Source of the DNA: Octopus bimaculoides
Taxonomy: Eukaryota
Reading direction: 5' to 3'
Assembly (NCBI RefSeq): GCF_001194135.2
Contig: NC_068982.1
Location: 133,681,883-133,745,882, forward strand
Length of the DNA stretch: 64,000 nucleotides
The position numbers were made by a program, and so were the translations under genes. This document shows, piece by piece, positions 1 to 13,160 of this stretch (positions are counted from its first letter, which is position 1; each line of letters starts with the position of its first letter). Under the pieces are notes generated by a model. The model saw only the letters and a list, made by a program, of their open reading frames with translations. It was not told the origin of the DNA and did not search any database.

Positions 1-259
1 AGCCGATTGTATTGGTTCCAATATGTCTTTCAGTCTGGTACTTATTTCATTATGAAGTACTATTTGTTAAACTACTAAGTTACAAAATGTAACGAAACAG
101 AATAAATGATTTAGTTAATCAGTTTAAACATAGACTATGTGAACATATGTTGGCATGCATCCTTGACATTTTCTGCCCTCTTGTGAGCTCACAACACTGC
201 CAAGGAAGTACTGCTGCCCAGGTTAAGAACCTTTGGTCTAGAAGTATATCGCTAATAAG

Positions 260-470
260 AAGAGGTTCCGTTGTTGCTTCTTAGCTCCATGTCAATCCTG
301 ATCAAGATCTATGAGCAAAGGCATTCCATCCATAACCATCCCATCTTTGTAGGGAGTATCTAAGACTATTATTCACTGTTAAGTTTTATAAGATGGCGAG
401 GGTGGTGTGATTTGAGAAAAATGTGGCTGTTATTTCTAGTAAATCAGATGACTATATTGAGCAATAGTTC
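260..470 (+). repeat. Dispersed repeat family E (unclassified)
   Basis: atctatgagcaaaggcattcca.ccataaccatcc ... taagatgg...gtgtgatttgag...tggctgttatttctag. Copies at about 575-720(-), 32255-32400(+), 40190-40375(-), 47165-47300(+) and 56470-56650(-). Confidence 0.65.
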
Positions 471-979
471 TCAAACTACTAGGTCAACTTCCCACAAAAT
501 AGTATTGAAAACTTTTGTTTCCCACCTTTTTATTAATAAAAAAAACAAAATGGAGCTAGTGCCTGTATAATTCTTGCTTTACATGGTCATTCGACCTGCA
601 AGAAATAATGGCCAAATTTCCTTAAATCACTCTGTAAGATCTTAGAAAAAAAGGAGACAATGTTATCCTATGTATTTCTCCTAAAAAGACAGGATTGTCA
701 AGTTTTCTTTGTCATGGTGTTAGATAAATTTTAAAACCAATTATCAAACGTAGCAATTTTTCTGCCCCACTGTCAGCCCTCACAGGTCCCCACCAGGAAA
801 TAAAGGTGGTCTGTACCTTCTATAAGTAATACCAATGTAGAGCATGATTCTTCATTGACTTGTACTATAGTATGGAGCCATATAGTTCATTGGTGGTAGT
901 TTTGATTGGAGCAGTAGTGTAACAGCATAATTAAACAGACAATTAACTTATGTATTAATTTTTGTGGTACTCTGTTTAA

Positions 980-1197
980 CCCTTTCATTACCATATTTCT
1001 TTCAAAATACACTACCTTTATTTCACTTAGAAAATTATGAAGAATTCCATAAAATAACATTGTTGTTATTCAGTTGATGTTTGGAATGTAAATTACCATG
1101 AAATTCTGGTGGAAGGTTTTTAATTTTGATCATTTTAAAACAGAAAGCTTATATCATAAAACCAGTAGCAGTCTCATGTGGGTTAGTATCAAAAGGG
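980..1197. mobile_element. piggyBac-type MITE, family B (about 220 bp)
   Basis: TTAA|CCCTTTCATTACC ... GTATCAAAAGGG|TTAA; homologous copies at 35867 and 61533. Confidence 0.8.
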
Positions 1198-1585
1198 TTA
1201 AAGTCCTTAAATATTTTATTCTTTATTGCAAAATACTCCAATATAAGATTTACAACATTAAAACATTTAGGATTCATTGCACCTGGCTACAAGAACATAT
1301 GGTCTTATTATGGCAGTTGATGAAAAGAAATACAACCAATGTAAAAAAGGAAAATAACTATAAAAAATAAAAATCATAAAAAACAAAAATCATTTTCTTT
1401 GTTTTAGATTTTATAAATTTATACAATTTATGTATTTATAAATGTTCATAGTTATACAGTTCATTATTTTTTTTTAATTACCTCTATTAATTTTCTTTTG
1501 GTTTTCATCTAAATAATTTTTTTTCCATAATTATTTTTAGCTCTTTCTTCATGTAGTTTTATTGTAAAATTTTCTTTTGTTTTAG

Positions 1586-1640
1586 ATTATAAATAAAGTA
1601 TAAACGTAGCCACAATACTGAAAGCATTTTACTTGAATTG
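1586..1640 (+). other. Candidate non-coding (5'UTR or lncRNA) exon, 55 nt
   Basis: Acceptor ttttcttttgttttag and donor TTG|gtgagt are near-consensus, but all three frames contain stops. Confidence 0.4.
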
Positions 1641-2552
1641 GTGAGTGATCATTAATTTTTTTTTTTTTGAAATTTTCCCTCTTATCCTGTCTCTTCATTT
1701 TAATCCTTCCCCATTTTTTAAGACTGATTTTATTGTTTCTTGTTTTTATGCACGTTTGTGATGATATAATCTCTTTATATATGTTTACATATATGTGTGC
1801 ATGTGTATATAGGTATATGCATGTGTGTGTGTATATGTTTGTGCGTGTGTCCCCATGTTAGATATTAGATATTTTTGCATGCCTTGTGAGTGAACTTTGA
1901 TATTGGGTTCTTGCATAGACTAAATTCTTTGAGGCATATCAGCTGTTGGATTAAGGTGCCAAATTCCAGACTACATGGTAAGGAATTCGAACCTTACTTT
2001 GAAAACCATTGTGTTGTGCTGAGCAAGTCATATTATTATATCTTCTTATCTCAATTTGGATACAAGCATGGCTATGTGATTAAGAAGTCTTGGTATGAAA
2101 CTTTGGTTCTAGGTTCAATTCAGCTGTGCAATACAAGTCTCAGCTCACCTTCTAAGTGAAATTTGATAGGCAAATGTGTATGGATACCTGGAACAGCCTG
2201 GAAGAATTTTTCCAGTTCTTGAATTGTAGACATAATTTGTTGCATAGTCTGTCACAACCATCTGGCTCTTAAATGTCTTTAACTGGTTCCACTCTATTCT
2301 AAGCATTTGAACAAGCTTTCCAGTTTGAAGGAAACTTAATTCTTCTCTCCCTCCATACCATCCAGGAAACATCTGGAATGGCCACTGACTTTTCTCCTTT
2401 AAATCAGCAAGGCAAAAATGTTTAACAAAGAAAGCATATTCCTACTCTTGGTTCAATTGCTAGCAGTGGTGCATAAATTTAGCTGTCAAAACAACAATCA
2501 AACCAAAAAGAGAAAAAGTCAAAATAAAAACCTTTCTGCTCTTGTGTTTTAA

Positions 2553-2760
2553 CCCTTTAGTGTTTAATCCAGCCATATCTGACTCAAATATTCTACCTAT
2601 TTTATGTTCAGACTGTCAGATCCAGCCTCTAACACCTACTCTGCAATGTCATTCTAAAAATAAACAATTACATTGAAATCTTGAGGCTATGAGATAATGC
2701 ATGATTAGTTCAAAATAATGTGAATAAATAAGCATTACATTTAATAGAGTAATCTGAATG
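2553..2760. mobile_element. piggyBac-type MITE family A, right TIR lost
   Basis: TTAA|CCCTTTAG start; reverse-complement match to 61697-61916. Further partial copies at 7577-7755 and 30610-30735. Confidence 0.7.
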
Positions 2761-3359
2761 TTATTATAGCTATCACTTGTTATCAGTATGCACTATGCTT
2801 TTGTTAATGATTTTAGAAGCCCATTTAGTCAAGAGCAGACTTCAGTACACTTTCAATCTTCCCACTACTGATCTAGCAGAACATCCAGAATGTGAAGGCT
2901 GCACCAACCAGCACTGGAATGCTACTCTATTCATCAATACTGAAATGATGAAAAGCAAAGTAGACTTACATGGGATTCGAACTGGGAGCAAGGAGAACAG
3001 GAACAGATATTACAACATGTTTTATCACTGCCACTTATTACTCTGCCAATTGATCAAACAAAAAGAAAAAAGGATCATAAAATAATAAAGAAAAAAAATA
3101 AGTTGAGTGTTCCAGTATGGCCATAGCTTTAGGGCTGAAACATGTAAAAGAAAAGAATATATTGTGATGTCAGGAAGAGTGGCTATTTTTAAGAAATAAA
3201 TGTAGCTTAAACTTTTTTCAATACACTGTTTCCATATAACATTACTCATAACTCTTTTTAGAAGCAAGATGGTTGAGTGGATATAGTATTTGGATACAAA
3301 CTTATATGACTTGAGTTCAAATTACACCAGAAGAATTTTGCATATTTATTCACTACAGT

Positions 3360-3715
3360 CATGAAAACAGCTATATGTTTATGGCATATGTTTAATGGGG
3401 CAACACGACATTTATGATATGTCAGTTTTGGTTACTGTCATAAAGACTGCTATATGTTCAGTGGGATGACACCCAACACTGACCTGTCAATTTTGGTGGC
3501 AGTCACAAGACTGTGCTATATGTTCAGTGTGACACCCAACATTGACATGTCAATTTTGGTGGCATTCATATTGACAGTGTTACAAGTCAGTCAAACAATG
3601 CATGATATTGACAGGTTAATTTTGATAGCAGTTGCAACGACAATGTCACTCAGACAACATATGACATTGATATGTCAATTTTAGTGACAGCTGCAATGAC
3701 TGTTACAACATTTAT
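3360..3715. repeat. Degenerate minisatellite, about 63-bp unit, 5-6 copies
   Basis: gacacccaaca at 3468 and 3531 (period 63); tgtcaattttggtggca and its variants recur. Confidence 0.75.
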
Positions 3716-4005
3716 TGAGGAGAAAAACTCATCAAATGACACAGGAAGTTGCAGTTTTCTTAATTTAATTACTTTATAATTTAGAGTATATATATATATA
3801 TNNNNNNNNNNNNNNNNNNNNNNNNNNNNNNNNNNNNNNNNNNNNNNNNNNNNNNNNNNNNNNNNNNNNNNNNNNNNNNNNNNNNNNNNNNNNNNNNNNN
3901 NNNNNNNNNNNNNNNNNNNNNNNNNNNNNNNNNNNNNNNNNNNNNNNNNNNNNNNNNNNNNNNNNNNNNNNNNNNNNNNNNNNNNNNATATATATATATA
4001 TATAT

Positions 4006-4445
4006 AATCGAAATTGAATTAAATTCGACGACTGGCACCCATGTCAACATCGTTTCCTTCATTGGAAATGAAACTCGGCTTGCAAAGACCTATTGGGGCA
4101 AGTGAAAGCGAAACCGTCAATGGCACCTGTGCCCAGCATCGCCTTCCTGGCACTTGTGCCAGATGGCACGTGTAAAGACATTCGAGCGAGATCGTTGCCA
4201 GTGCTGCCGAACTGGCATCCAGTGCAGGTGGCACGTAAAATACACCATTTTGAGCGTGGCCGTTGCTAGTACTGCCTGACTGGCCTTCGTGCCGGTGGCA
4301 CGTAAAAGCACCCACTACACTCTCGGAGTGGTTGGTTCCTCAGATTGGAGCCTGGTGTAGCCATCTGGTTCACCAGTCCTCAATCAAATTGTCCAACCCA
4401 TGCTAGCATGGAAAGTGGACGTTAAACGACGATGATGATGATGAT
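4006..4445 (+). mobile_element. (GAT)n-tailed retro-repeat (RTE-3'-related SINE/UTR), longest copy, with internal ggcacgtaaaa subrepeats
   Basis: Ends catgctagcatggaaagtggacgttaaacgacgatgatgat. The 3' part recurs at about 9167-9369(+), 14891-15080(+), 26113-26283(+), 30830-30950(-), 33113-33410(-), 33653-33770(+), 36335-36513(+), 39006-39185(-), 42935-43054(-), 52000-52215(+), 53995-54284(+) and 60835-61025(+). Confidence 0.85.
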
Positions 4446-6582
4446 ATATATATCAATGCAGTTTGTATATTGAGGGTTAAACTGATTTTTTTTAACACTT
4501 GAGATGTGATTATCTTTGACATACTTTTGTCTACCTTAAACACACAACTTAAGGCTATCCTTGGAAAACACAAATGTAGTACCTGTAATGCGATGAGAGC
4601 TTATGATTCATTAATTGAATTACTAAACACTGATAGAGTAGCCACTCACAGTCATTGTGCTTCTTTGTACTTTTATAGTGATTCAGTTTCAACTCATCAA
4701 AGACCACATTTTAATTTTCAGATTACAACTGTTGTATGATTATTTCATGTTTATATCAAATCTTTTTATCATTTACTAAATCATCCAAAGAACATTGGAG
4801 TTTGGAGATCAGAGGTGGTTATTTATGAGGCTGGAAAATATTTTAAAAGCTTAAAAATAGTGTTAGCTCAGTTGACAGGAAATTTCTAGTAGTTGTTGCT
4901 TGTGCCCCCACCCCAACTGTCTAGTTTTAACTAGGTAGAATGGGAGCCACATATTACAATCACAATTAAGGCATTTAATTGCTTGTATCAAATTAATGGA
5001 AATATTATTCAAACATTTCATGGTTTCTGAAAAACAAAAGGAAGATATGCTAAAGATGTTTAAAGAAAGTATGGAATAACAAGAAGTTGAAGAGAAAGAA
5101 ATGTATAAATATATGAGTTCATTCAATAAATATTACATTGCTTTTCAGTACAGTACATTATGTCTCTTTATGTCAGTTATTGTAGGTAGATCTTAGTTTA
5201 ATATGTGTCAGAAGATAAAGCAGTTTGTTTACTGGCAATATTGAACCTACTTCCTGTAATGTAATATAACCAGGTCAGCTAAGATCAGCCTATAACTATG
5301 ATAAGATTACAGTGAGAATTTTGTAGATAGAGATTAATTGGTGTTTGGGTGTTACTGGTTACAATTGATATTAAAGTACAATTTTAGTTGGGTTTTTTTT
5401 TTTTATTATTATTAAGTAATCAAAAGAGGAACTAGACCATGCTCATGGACTTTGTTAGTTTTCTTAGAATGGAATGTATTCATAATTATTTCAGCTCAGG
5501 TTAGAATTTTTACGAGTTTCCAAATTGGTGGGAAAAATGGGTGATAAATAGTTTGTAGAAGATAAAATGACAGAGAAAATATTTTCTATGTCTTCTTGTG
5601 AAGGGTGATGTAAAGTGTTAGAACTGATAGGTGGGGAGAGGGAGAGAAATGGTGCTTGGATCATAGAATGAACCAGAAAATTCTCAAGGATAGTTTCAAA
5701 TCACTGTAATAAGCCAGTTAGAGGACTTCACTCAGTACTAGGTCATTAACTAATATATTGGGGGCAGGAAATCTGCTTATCAGAATTAAGTTTCTGTTTT
5801 GCCCTTCTTTGTGTTTAACAAGATCACTCACATGCATACACACGTATGTGTGCATGTATAACCCTTACATTTTCATGGGGAAAAATATACTAAACATATA
5901 TAAAAGCGTTCATGGATTTATATACAGAAGTGAACTTCTAACATTTTAAGCACAGGTTCATTTAGCTGCTATAATTTTAAGAACTTGTCTACTGAAATTT
6001 TAAGCACGAGTTCTGTGTAAAAGATTCTGAATTTGACAGTATTCTGAATATAAATATTAAAATTGGACTGTTGTAGAATCCAAGGAAACTGCTCTGCATT
6101 GGTAAAAATTAAAGAGAAGATTGTTAATTTTCTTTTGACAAGGATTAAGAAATATAATGTATTATTACTTTAGCTCTTTATCTGAGAGTGACGAAACAAG
6201 GGTTAAAACTGAAAGTGAGGGTTTGATTTGGTAGGGAGAGGGACTATTACATAAAAGAAGTTGTATGAGAGGATGAAGAGGCAAGGAAACAAGATGATAA
6301 AGGAAAAGGAGACAGAGTTGGCCAAGAAGATAGATGCATTCCTCACACAATCATAAAAGGAGATATCATTAAGGTGACATTAAAATATTGTGGATAAGAG
6401 GGAGAATAGGCAGGTGGATAGGTATAATACATCAAACAACCACAAATAGTTACTGCTATGATGAAAAATTTTTAAATTGTTAGGGGAAGCGAGAAAATTT
6501 GGGTGATGGTATTAGTGCTTTGTCACAGTGTTAGAATGTTGGTTTGAAACATAGGTGAACATAAATTACACTAATACATACA

Positions 6583-6613
<31 letters not shown>

Positions 6614-7403
6614 GGATCTAGTTCAAAACGAGGGCGCCAGTATTTTCTTAACGAAACACTTTGAAACTTGGGACACTGGTAGAATGTGTCATATAAAACA
6701 TCTTTTTCTCTTAGTCTTCTTAAGAAAAATTATTATATTGCAACTTATTTCATGTTAAAGTTGTCATATTTCTGTAATTTCAACCAATGACTGACGTCCA
6801 TTCAGCCGAATACAGTAAGTGCTGACTACGTAAACAAACGATTCTCAAACGATTCTGGCGGTGATAAAATTATTATTTCCTTGTCAAAAAATGACTGAAG
6901 CATATTGGCAGTAGCTAATAAACCTTTCTATTATAGGNNNNNNNNNNNNNNNNNNNNNNNNNNNNNNNNNNNNNNNNNNNNNNNNNNNNNNNNNNNNNNN
7001 NNNNNNNNNNNNNNGTTAGGGCAAATGTTGTACACATACAGTTCAGGCAGATGTTAACGAAATTATATTAAAAATAAAACGAAGGAAAACGAACACACGT
7101 GTGTTGCCTCTCTGCAAAATGTCAGAAGTAATGGAGATTAAATACGCTTTACACCGCTTAAACTGCCAAAGGAACCGCTTAAACTGCCAAAGGAGTAACT
7201 GTAAACAGCTGAATACTTGACAGTGATTGGTTGAAATTATCGAAATAAGACAATTTTTTACATGAAATAACTTCGAATACAAAAATTTTTTTCTGTTCTA
7301 TAACACAAAATAGATAAGTATACGAAGTTTGAAAGTCTTTCGGTACCAAAAACACTACATAAAACATAAATGAAAACTGGTGCCCCCGTTTTTAACTAGA
7401 TCC
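6614..7403. mobile_element. TIR DNA element (MITE) with GG...CC ends and AT TSD, possibly ISL2EU/PIF-Harbinger group; contains an N gap
   Basis: Left GGATCTAGTTCAAAACGAGGGCGCCAGT vs right reverse complement GGATCTAGTTAAAAACGGGGGCACCAGT; second inverted pair aatttcaaccaatgactg / cagtgattggttgaaatt; flanked by AT on both sides within a (TACA)n tract. Confidence 0.75.
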
Positions 7404-9434
7404 ATACATATATATATACGCATGCACATACAACATTCTATATATACATAAATACATGTAAACATTCTTTACTGTCATTAGAACAAATAAATTTTACCAA
7501 TCTTGTGAATTTAACATGAAATTAGAATATTTTATGTAGCACAGAAATTAATTTTCACTTCACATCAAAACATTAGCCCTTTAGCATTTAAACTGGCCAT
7601 ATTAAGTCCAAATATTCTACTTGTATGTGTTAAAAATGGCCAGATCTGTTCTCGCACACCTACTGTACAATATCATTCTAAAATAAATAATCACATCATT
7701 GAAATCTTGAAGCTATGAGATAAAGCATGACTAATTCAAAACAATCTGAGTAAATAGTCATGTGACTCTGTGGTGTGATTTTGAAGTCATAACTTTTTAG
7801 AGTACACCTCTCTTCAGCATCCAACACAAGAGTTAATAGCTGCTTTGTGAGAATCAGATCCCGTTCACCGCCATTCATATGCCATTCATGGGTTTTTAAT
7901 GTATTCTGAGGCATTGTGTTACAACACAGTTTATTCTACTTTTCATGGTTCGGTGATAGCTATAGAAACTTCTGTGTTTCTAGGGGAAATTACCTGATAA
8001 ATACTAAGGTATCTTTACAAAGATTTGTATTTTCACTTAATAATCTTTTGGTTATTATTGCTGTCATTGTAACATCTGATCTCGCATTTATTGGTTCTAG
8101 TTTTATCTCCCTCCTCTTCTCTCTCCCCTCCCCTTCTCTCCCCCCTTCTCTCTCCCCTCNNNNNNNNNNNNNNNNNNNNNNNNNNNNNNNNNNNNNNNNN
8201 NNNNNNNNNNNNNNNNNNNNNNNNNNNNNNNNNNNNNNNNNNNNNNNNNNNNNNNNNNNNNNNNNNNNNNNNNNNNNNNNNNNNNNNNNNNNNNNNNNNN
8301 NNNNNNNNNNNNNNNNNNNNNNNNNNNNNNNNNNNNNNNNNNNNNNNNNNNNNNNNNNNNNNNNNNNNNNNNNNNNNNNNNNNNNNNNNNNNNNNNNNNN
8401 NNNNNNNNNNNNNNNNNNNNNNNNNNNNNNNNNNNNNNNNNNNNNNNNNNNNNNNNNNNNNNNNNNNNNNNNNNNNNNNNNNNNNNNNNNNNNNNNNNNN
8501 NNNNNNNNNNNNNNNNNNNNNNNNNNNNNNNNNNNNNNNNNNNNNNNNNNNNNNNNNNNNNNNNNNNNNNNNNNNNNNNNNNNNNNNNNNNNNNNNNNNN
8601 NNNNNNNNNNNNNNNNNNNNNNNNNNNNNNNNNNNNNNNNNNNNNNNNNNNNNNNCTCTCCTGCTTACTTCACTGAGTTTATTCAAGGTGGTTATTATGC
8701 TTGGCTTGAGACTACCCTTGATATTTTGACACTAGATGAGTTATGTAGATTGCAGTGTAACTATCACAGCACAGCATTTCAAATAAAAGCTAAGATAGAG
8801 TTACTTGTGATATTTATTTTACTGAAAATATTTGTAAAAAAGCTATGTTGATAATAATCATTGAAAAGACTACCCATTCCCAATAAGGCTCAATGTATGG
8901 GTTAAATTCCACTGCGGTGGCACCTAAGTAAGTGTCTTCTACTATAGCCTTGGATGTACCAAAGCTTTGAGAGAGAATTTTTTTTGACAGAAACTGAATG
9001 AAATCTATCATGTATATGATTCTTTCTCTCTTCCTATGTATGTCTGTGTGTTTGTTGTGCTTGAGAAGACATGTCAAGCTAAGTAAAATCAAGGCTGTTC
9101 TTGCATACAGGCATGTCCCCTACATCCCTCTTCAACCAAGTGATCCTAATAATGCAGGCTCATCGGTGATGGTGTCACATAAAAATCACTCATGCCAGTG
9201 CCGTGTAAAAGTACCCAGTACACTCTGTAAAGTGGTTGGCATTAGGAAGGGCATCTAACTGTAGAAACCATGTGAAAATAGACAAATGGAGCCTGGGCAA
9301 CTCTTCAGCTGGTCAGCTCCTGTCAAACTGTCCAACTCATGTCAGCGTGGAAAATGACTGATGATGATGTGTATTATTGTCTCCTTACCTAGACTTTATA
9401 TAATAGTTCTTATATAACTATTACCATCATGCTA

Positions 9435-9590
9435 GCAATGTCCATTTCTGGCCATGGAAAAATATTAACTTGCTTGGAAACAAGTGATGGTTGGCAACAA
9501 GGGCATCTGGCTGTAGAAATCATCTTCAACAAATTCTATTTAATCCATACAAGTATGGAAAAGTGGATGATATATGATGATGATGATGAT
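9435..9590 (+). mobile_element. Short (GAT)n-tailed variant repeat
   Basis: ggttggcaacaagggcatctggctgtagaaa ... catacaagtatggaaaagtgga ... gatgatgat. Further copies at about 10835(-), 13225(-), 37745(-), 43630(+), 53655(+), 54475(-) and 59070(+). Confidence 0.7.
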
Positions 9591-12090
9591 CACTGCAGGA
9601 TTAAAGAATCAGGTGTCACATGTATACGTAACTGACATGGTAACAAACTTATAAGAGTGTAAACTCTTTTTTCATCATATATTTATTACATTTTGCCATT
9701 GAGCGAAGCACATCATTTCTATCTACATTATACTTGTGTAACAGGACTGGTCAGCATACTGTAAGGGCACCTAGAAGCAAAATATTTTCATTATTCTTTG
9801 AAACAAATGTCTAGTTTTGCAGACTTCTACAATAGAAAACTTATCAACCAAATATTACAAAAGAGTTATGAAAGAAATTTAGTTATATTTATTTGTTTAT
9901 TTATTTTTTGTGTTCTAATCTTTAAAATAATTTTTTTTTTTTGTCTATGATTATAGAATTATTTCATTGGCAGATTATTTTTGAGCTTTTGACACCAGCT
10001 GATTGCCTTTGGATGTAGAGGTCTGGACATTGATAAATTATTTTTGGATATTGGTAAATTATCTTTAGGAATGGACACTTAGTAAGGTTATCTTTGGATA
10101 TTGATATTGGCTCCAGACGTTGGTTGATCTATCTTTGGAACTGGACTATTGATTTACTTTTTATAGGAATGTTTATTTTTCATTGCTTCATCTGTTGCTA
10201 TAAAATAATCAAATCTACTAACCAAGAAGAAGATAGTCTGGTTTCACTGTAGCAAACATTCAATAGTCAGCTGGAGAATGTTCAATTTTAATCTTTTCTC
10301 TCTTATAAGTTAATGTGCAATTGAATTTAAATTTCAGATGTGATAAACCCAATTACCTCTTATTATTTGGACTTAAGCTTCCTCTTCCCTATATAATATA
10401 TAATTCTCTTAAACCTTGCTCATCAAAATGATTTCTTCATCCATCTTTATGAACCCTTAACAAGCTATTCAAATATATGACCATATTTGTCCAGTTAGCA
10501 TTATGTAGGATTTAGTCTGTCTGTTTCACTACAAATCCTTTTGTTAACATATTTCTAATAATATACATTACATTTTTTTATAAATATTCAAGAATTTGAG
10601 AGGGTTTTGTAAAATAAGTGAAGCTACCTGTACTCTGTTTGTAATTGGAACGTAGCCTAATGAAAAGAGCCTTATATAAAATTATGATATGAAAGTTTTA
10701 ATTTAAATATGTACTCTTAAGAATATGTTTTGTATTGGAAACAGCCAGTCTCAGATGGGTTAAAAGAATAATCCAGTGAAATATAACTATAATTCTTTTA
10801 AATAAATACTCTTGTTTATTTGTTTAATGTCAAATTATTTTCATGCTAGCATGGGTTTGGACAGAATTAGTTAAGGCAGGATATTATGGCTGGATGCTTT
10901 TCCTGTTGCCAACCTTTACTGTTTTTTTTTCCAGTAAAGGATTTCTTTATTCCGTAGATCTTCCAAAGTGCTGAGTGACTGGTGATAATGTCAGCCTCAA
11001 CACTACATTGCTCAGTTTGTGATAAGCGTGGAATATACATGTACATTTACACCACACACACACACACACACACGTGTAAGCTTAATGCAGTTTCCATGTA
11101 CCAAATTTCCTCTTCTAGTATTGGTCAACCTGGGTTTACTGGGTCTATAGTAGAAAACACTGACCTAATGTGCCACACAGTAGGATTGAAACCAAAACCT
11201 TGTGAATGCAAAGTGAAAAAATAATTTTTGAGATAATTTACCTAAATTGCTTTTCTGTCTCATGTTGTCTGACTTCATCATTCTTTTATTACTGAAGACT
11301 GGGTCTTATGATTTGTTTGTACCACGTTTTTGATAATAACGTCTGTTAATTTCCCTCGTGGCTTTCATTTAACTGGTTGAACTGGGGGCGGGGGAGTAAA
11401 AGACCATTGTTATTTTTTTCTTAACGCCAGAATATGTAAAAGGTTCAAAGTGAATGGTGTTAGTTGTCTTAACCAAAAATGGAATGCAAATGTTTATTTA
11501 ACTCTACTTGTTTGAGATGAAATTATGATGGAATATGAAATATAAACTTTCAGTGAACATTTCCTGCTCTTCCATATCAGTAAGCTTTTTCTTTTATTTA
11601 CCTTCACTTCTAAGATGTTGCAATGATGGATGAAAAGTTTGTTCAAGCTAGATTATATCCATTTTCACAATTATTTCTGAGTTTCTGGATGCTGTAAAAA
11701 CTATTATCAGGTGACTGGTTAGTTAATTAAATCCTGTTTTGGTTAAGCAGGATTAATAAAATTCTTATATTGACAAGCTTGAAAGTTTTAGCATTTAAGA
11801 TGATTAATTTTTGATGACTTGTCCTAATGAAATACTTAAAAATGAAAATTTTAACCAACACTGATAGGAATTGAACTGCAAATGCATTCAGTTACTTGTC
11901 TATCATCCATTTCATACTACCAAAAGAATCCCTCATCTACTAACTAGAATATAATGCAAGATGTGCTTAGTGGGTACATCTTCCAGTGTTGGCTGATTAA
12001 AAGGGGTTTATATATTGTATAATTGTAATTTCATTTTTATTTATTTACTATCTAATGTTTTCTAGATCCTTATTTTTGTGTTTAATTCAG

Positions 12091-12130
12091 GTTTAAATTT
12101 CAATATCAATGTGAATACTGTGTTGAGTCA
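12091..12130 (+). other. Candidate 40-nt exon (UTR or coding unresolved)
   Basis: Acceptor tttttgtgtttaattcag, donor TCA|gtaagt; two frames open (FKFQYQCEYCVES or LNFNINVNTVLS); not frame-symmetric. Confidence 0.35.
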
Positions 12131-12899
12131 GTAAGTTTAGTCTATTATCTTTTTTGCATTATCTTATTGTCTTCCAGTATTTTCCTAACTAGTTATGTTC
12201 AGTGGTATTCTTCTGAACGAGTGCCAACTATTTCCTGCTGCAAGCGCATTGTCAGATACTCAAACAAAGCTGTTTATGTCTGTTCAGTTTCGATGTAGTT
12301 GTCAAGGATTTCAAACTTCTGTGAAGACAGAAAATCATTGACAATCGATCTTCTTTTGTATGCTCTGCTTGTGGGATTGTTATTCATAATAAAGTTGTTT
12401 ACTTGTTTTCATAACACATTACTAAGAATAGTTTATTATTGAGATTTATGCAGTTTATGGTTTTTGTTTGTTGAACCTTATGTAACGTTTGTTTATTTTA
12501 ATGGTGAAAATATTTTGTAGATTTACTTCATTTTATATATATATATATATATAATCTGTGTATGTGTGCATATGTGTTTTGTTGTATCTATTGTTACCAT
12601 TCTGACTATCTATTTTTAAAACAGTCTATATGTTTGTCAGTTTATCTGATTAATAATTTCATTTAATAATATTGTAAGTAGACTGTCATTTTATGTTCTT
12701 TTAGCACTCTGTATGTACTTCTCTGTGCTTTTCTACAATCTACATATGTGTGTGTCGTGTAAAGTTCATCAATTTTGTGCTGATGGTCCTGTTTAATCTT
12801 CCTCACATTAACATTCTTTTTCTTTTATTGGATTGGTCTAGAGGAAGATGATGGGTTTAAAGGTTCTCTTTGACTAACAAGATCATAATTATTCTACTT

Positions 12900-13160
12900 C
12901 TTTAATACTGGTAGGAAAAACAGTCTGAAAAGAAGTTCCAAATTAACATTCTAGAGAGGAAGGATTAGGTGGGATCACAATATGGATCATGAGAAGAGGA
13001 GAGTCAAGAAACTTAAAAGTATCTAAGTGATGGTACCTGACTATCGAGTCTCGAAGAGCAAATGTCACAACTGTAGTTAGTAGTGGTAACAATGGCAAAA
13101 AGAATAGACAGCTTATTTAAGGACCAGAGATAGGAGTGTGTTGAAGATCCCCTTTAGGGC
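12900..13160 (-). mobile_element. Highly decayed CR1-like LINE 3' ORF fragment
   Basis: LSILF...ICSSRLDSQVPSL resembles LSLFY.YY.G.CSSEL.S.VPPL. Confidence 0.4.

Noticed and set aside
3360-3715. Regularly spaced repeats as a CRISPR-like array (also 42621-43135)
   Set aside because: Whole units are duplicated with no unique spacers, in a eukaryotic context with no cas genes.
7916-8851. Longest listed ORFs (311, 217, 212 aa); likewise 22555-23223 and 3781-4062
   Set aside because: They run through N gaps; X residues mask stops.
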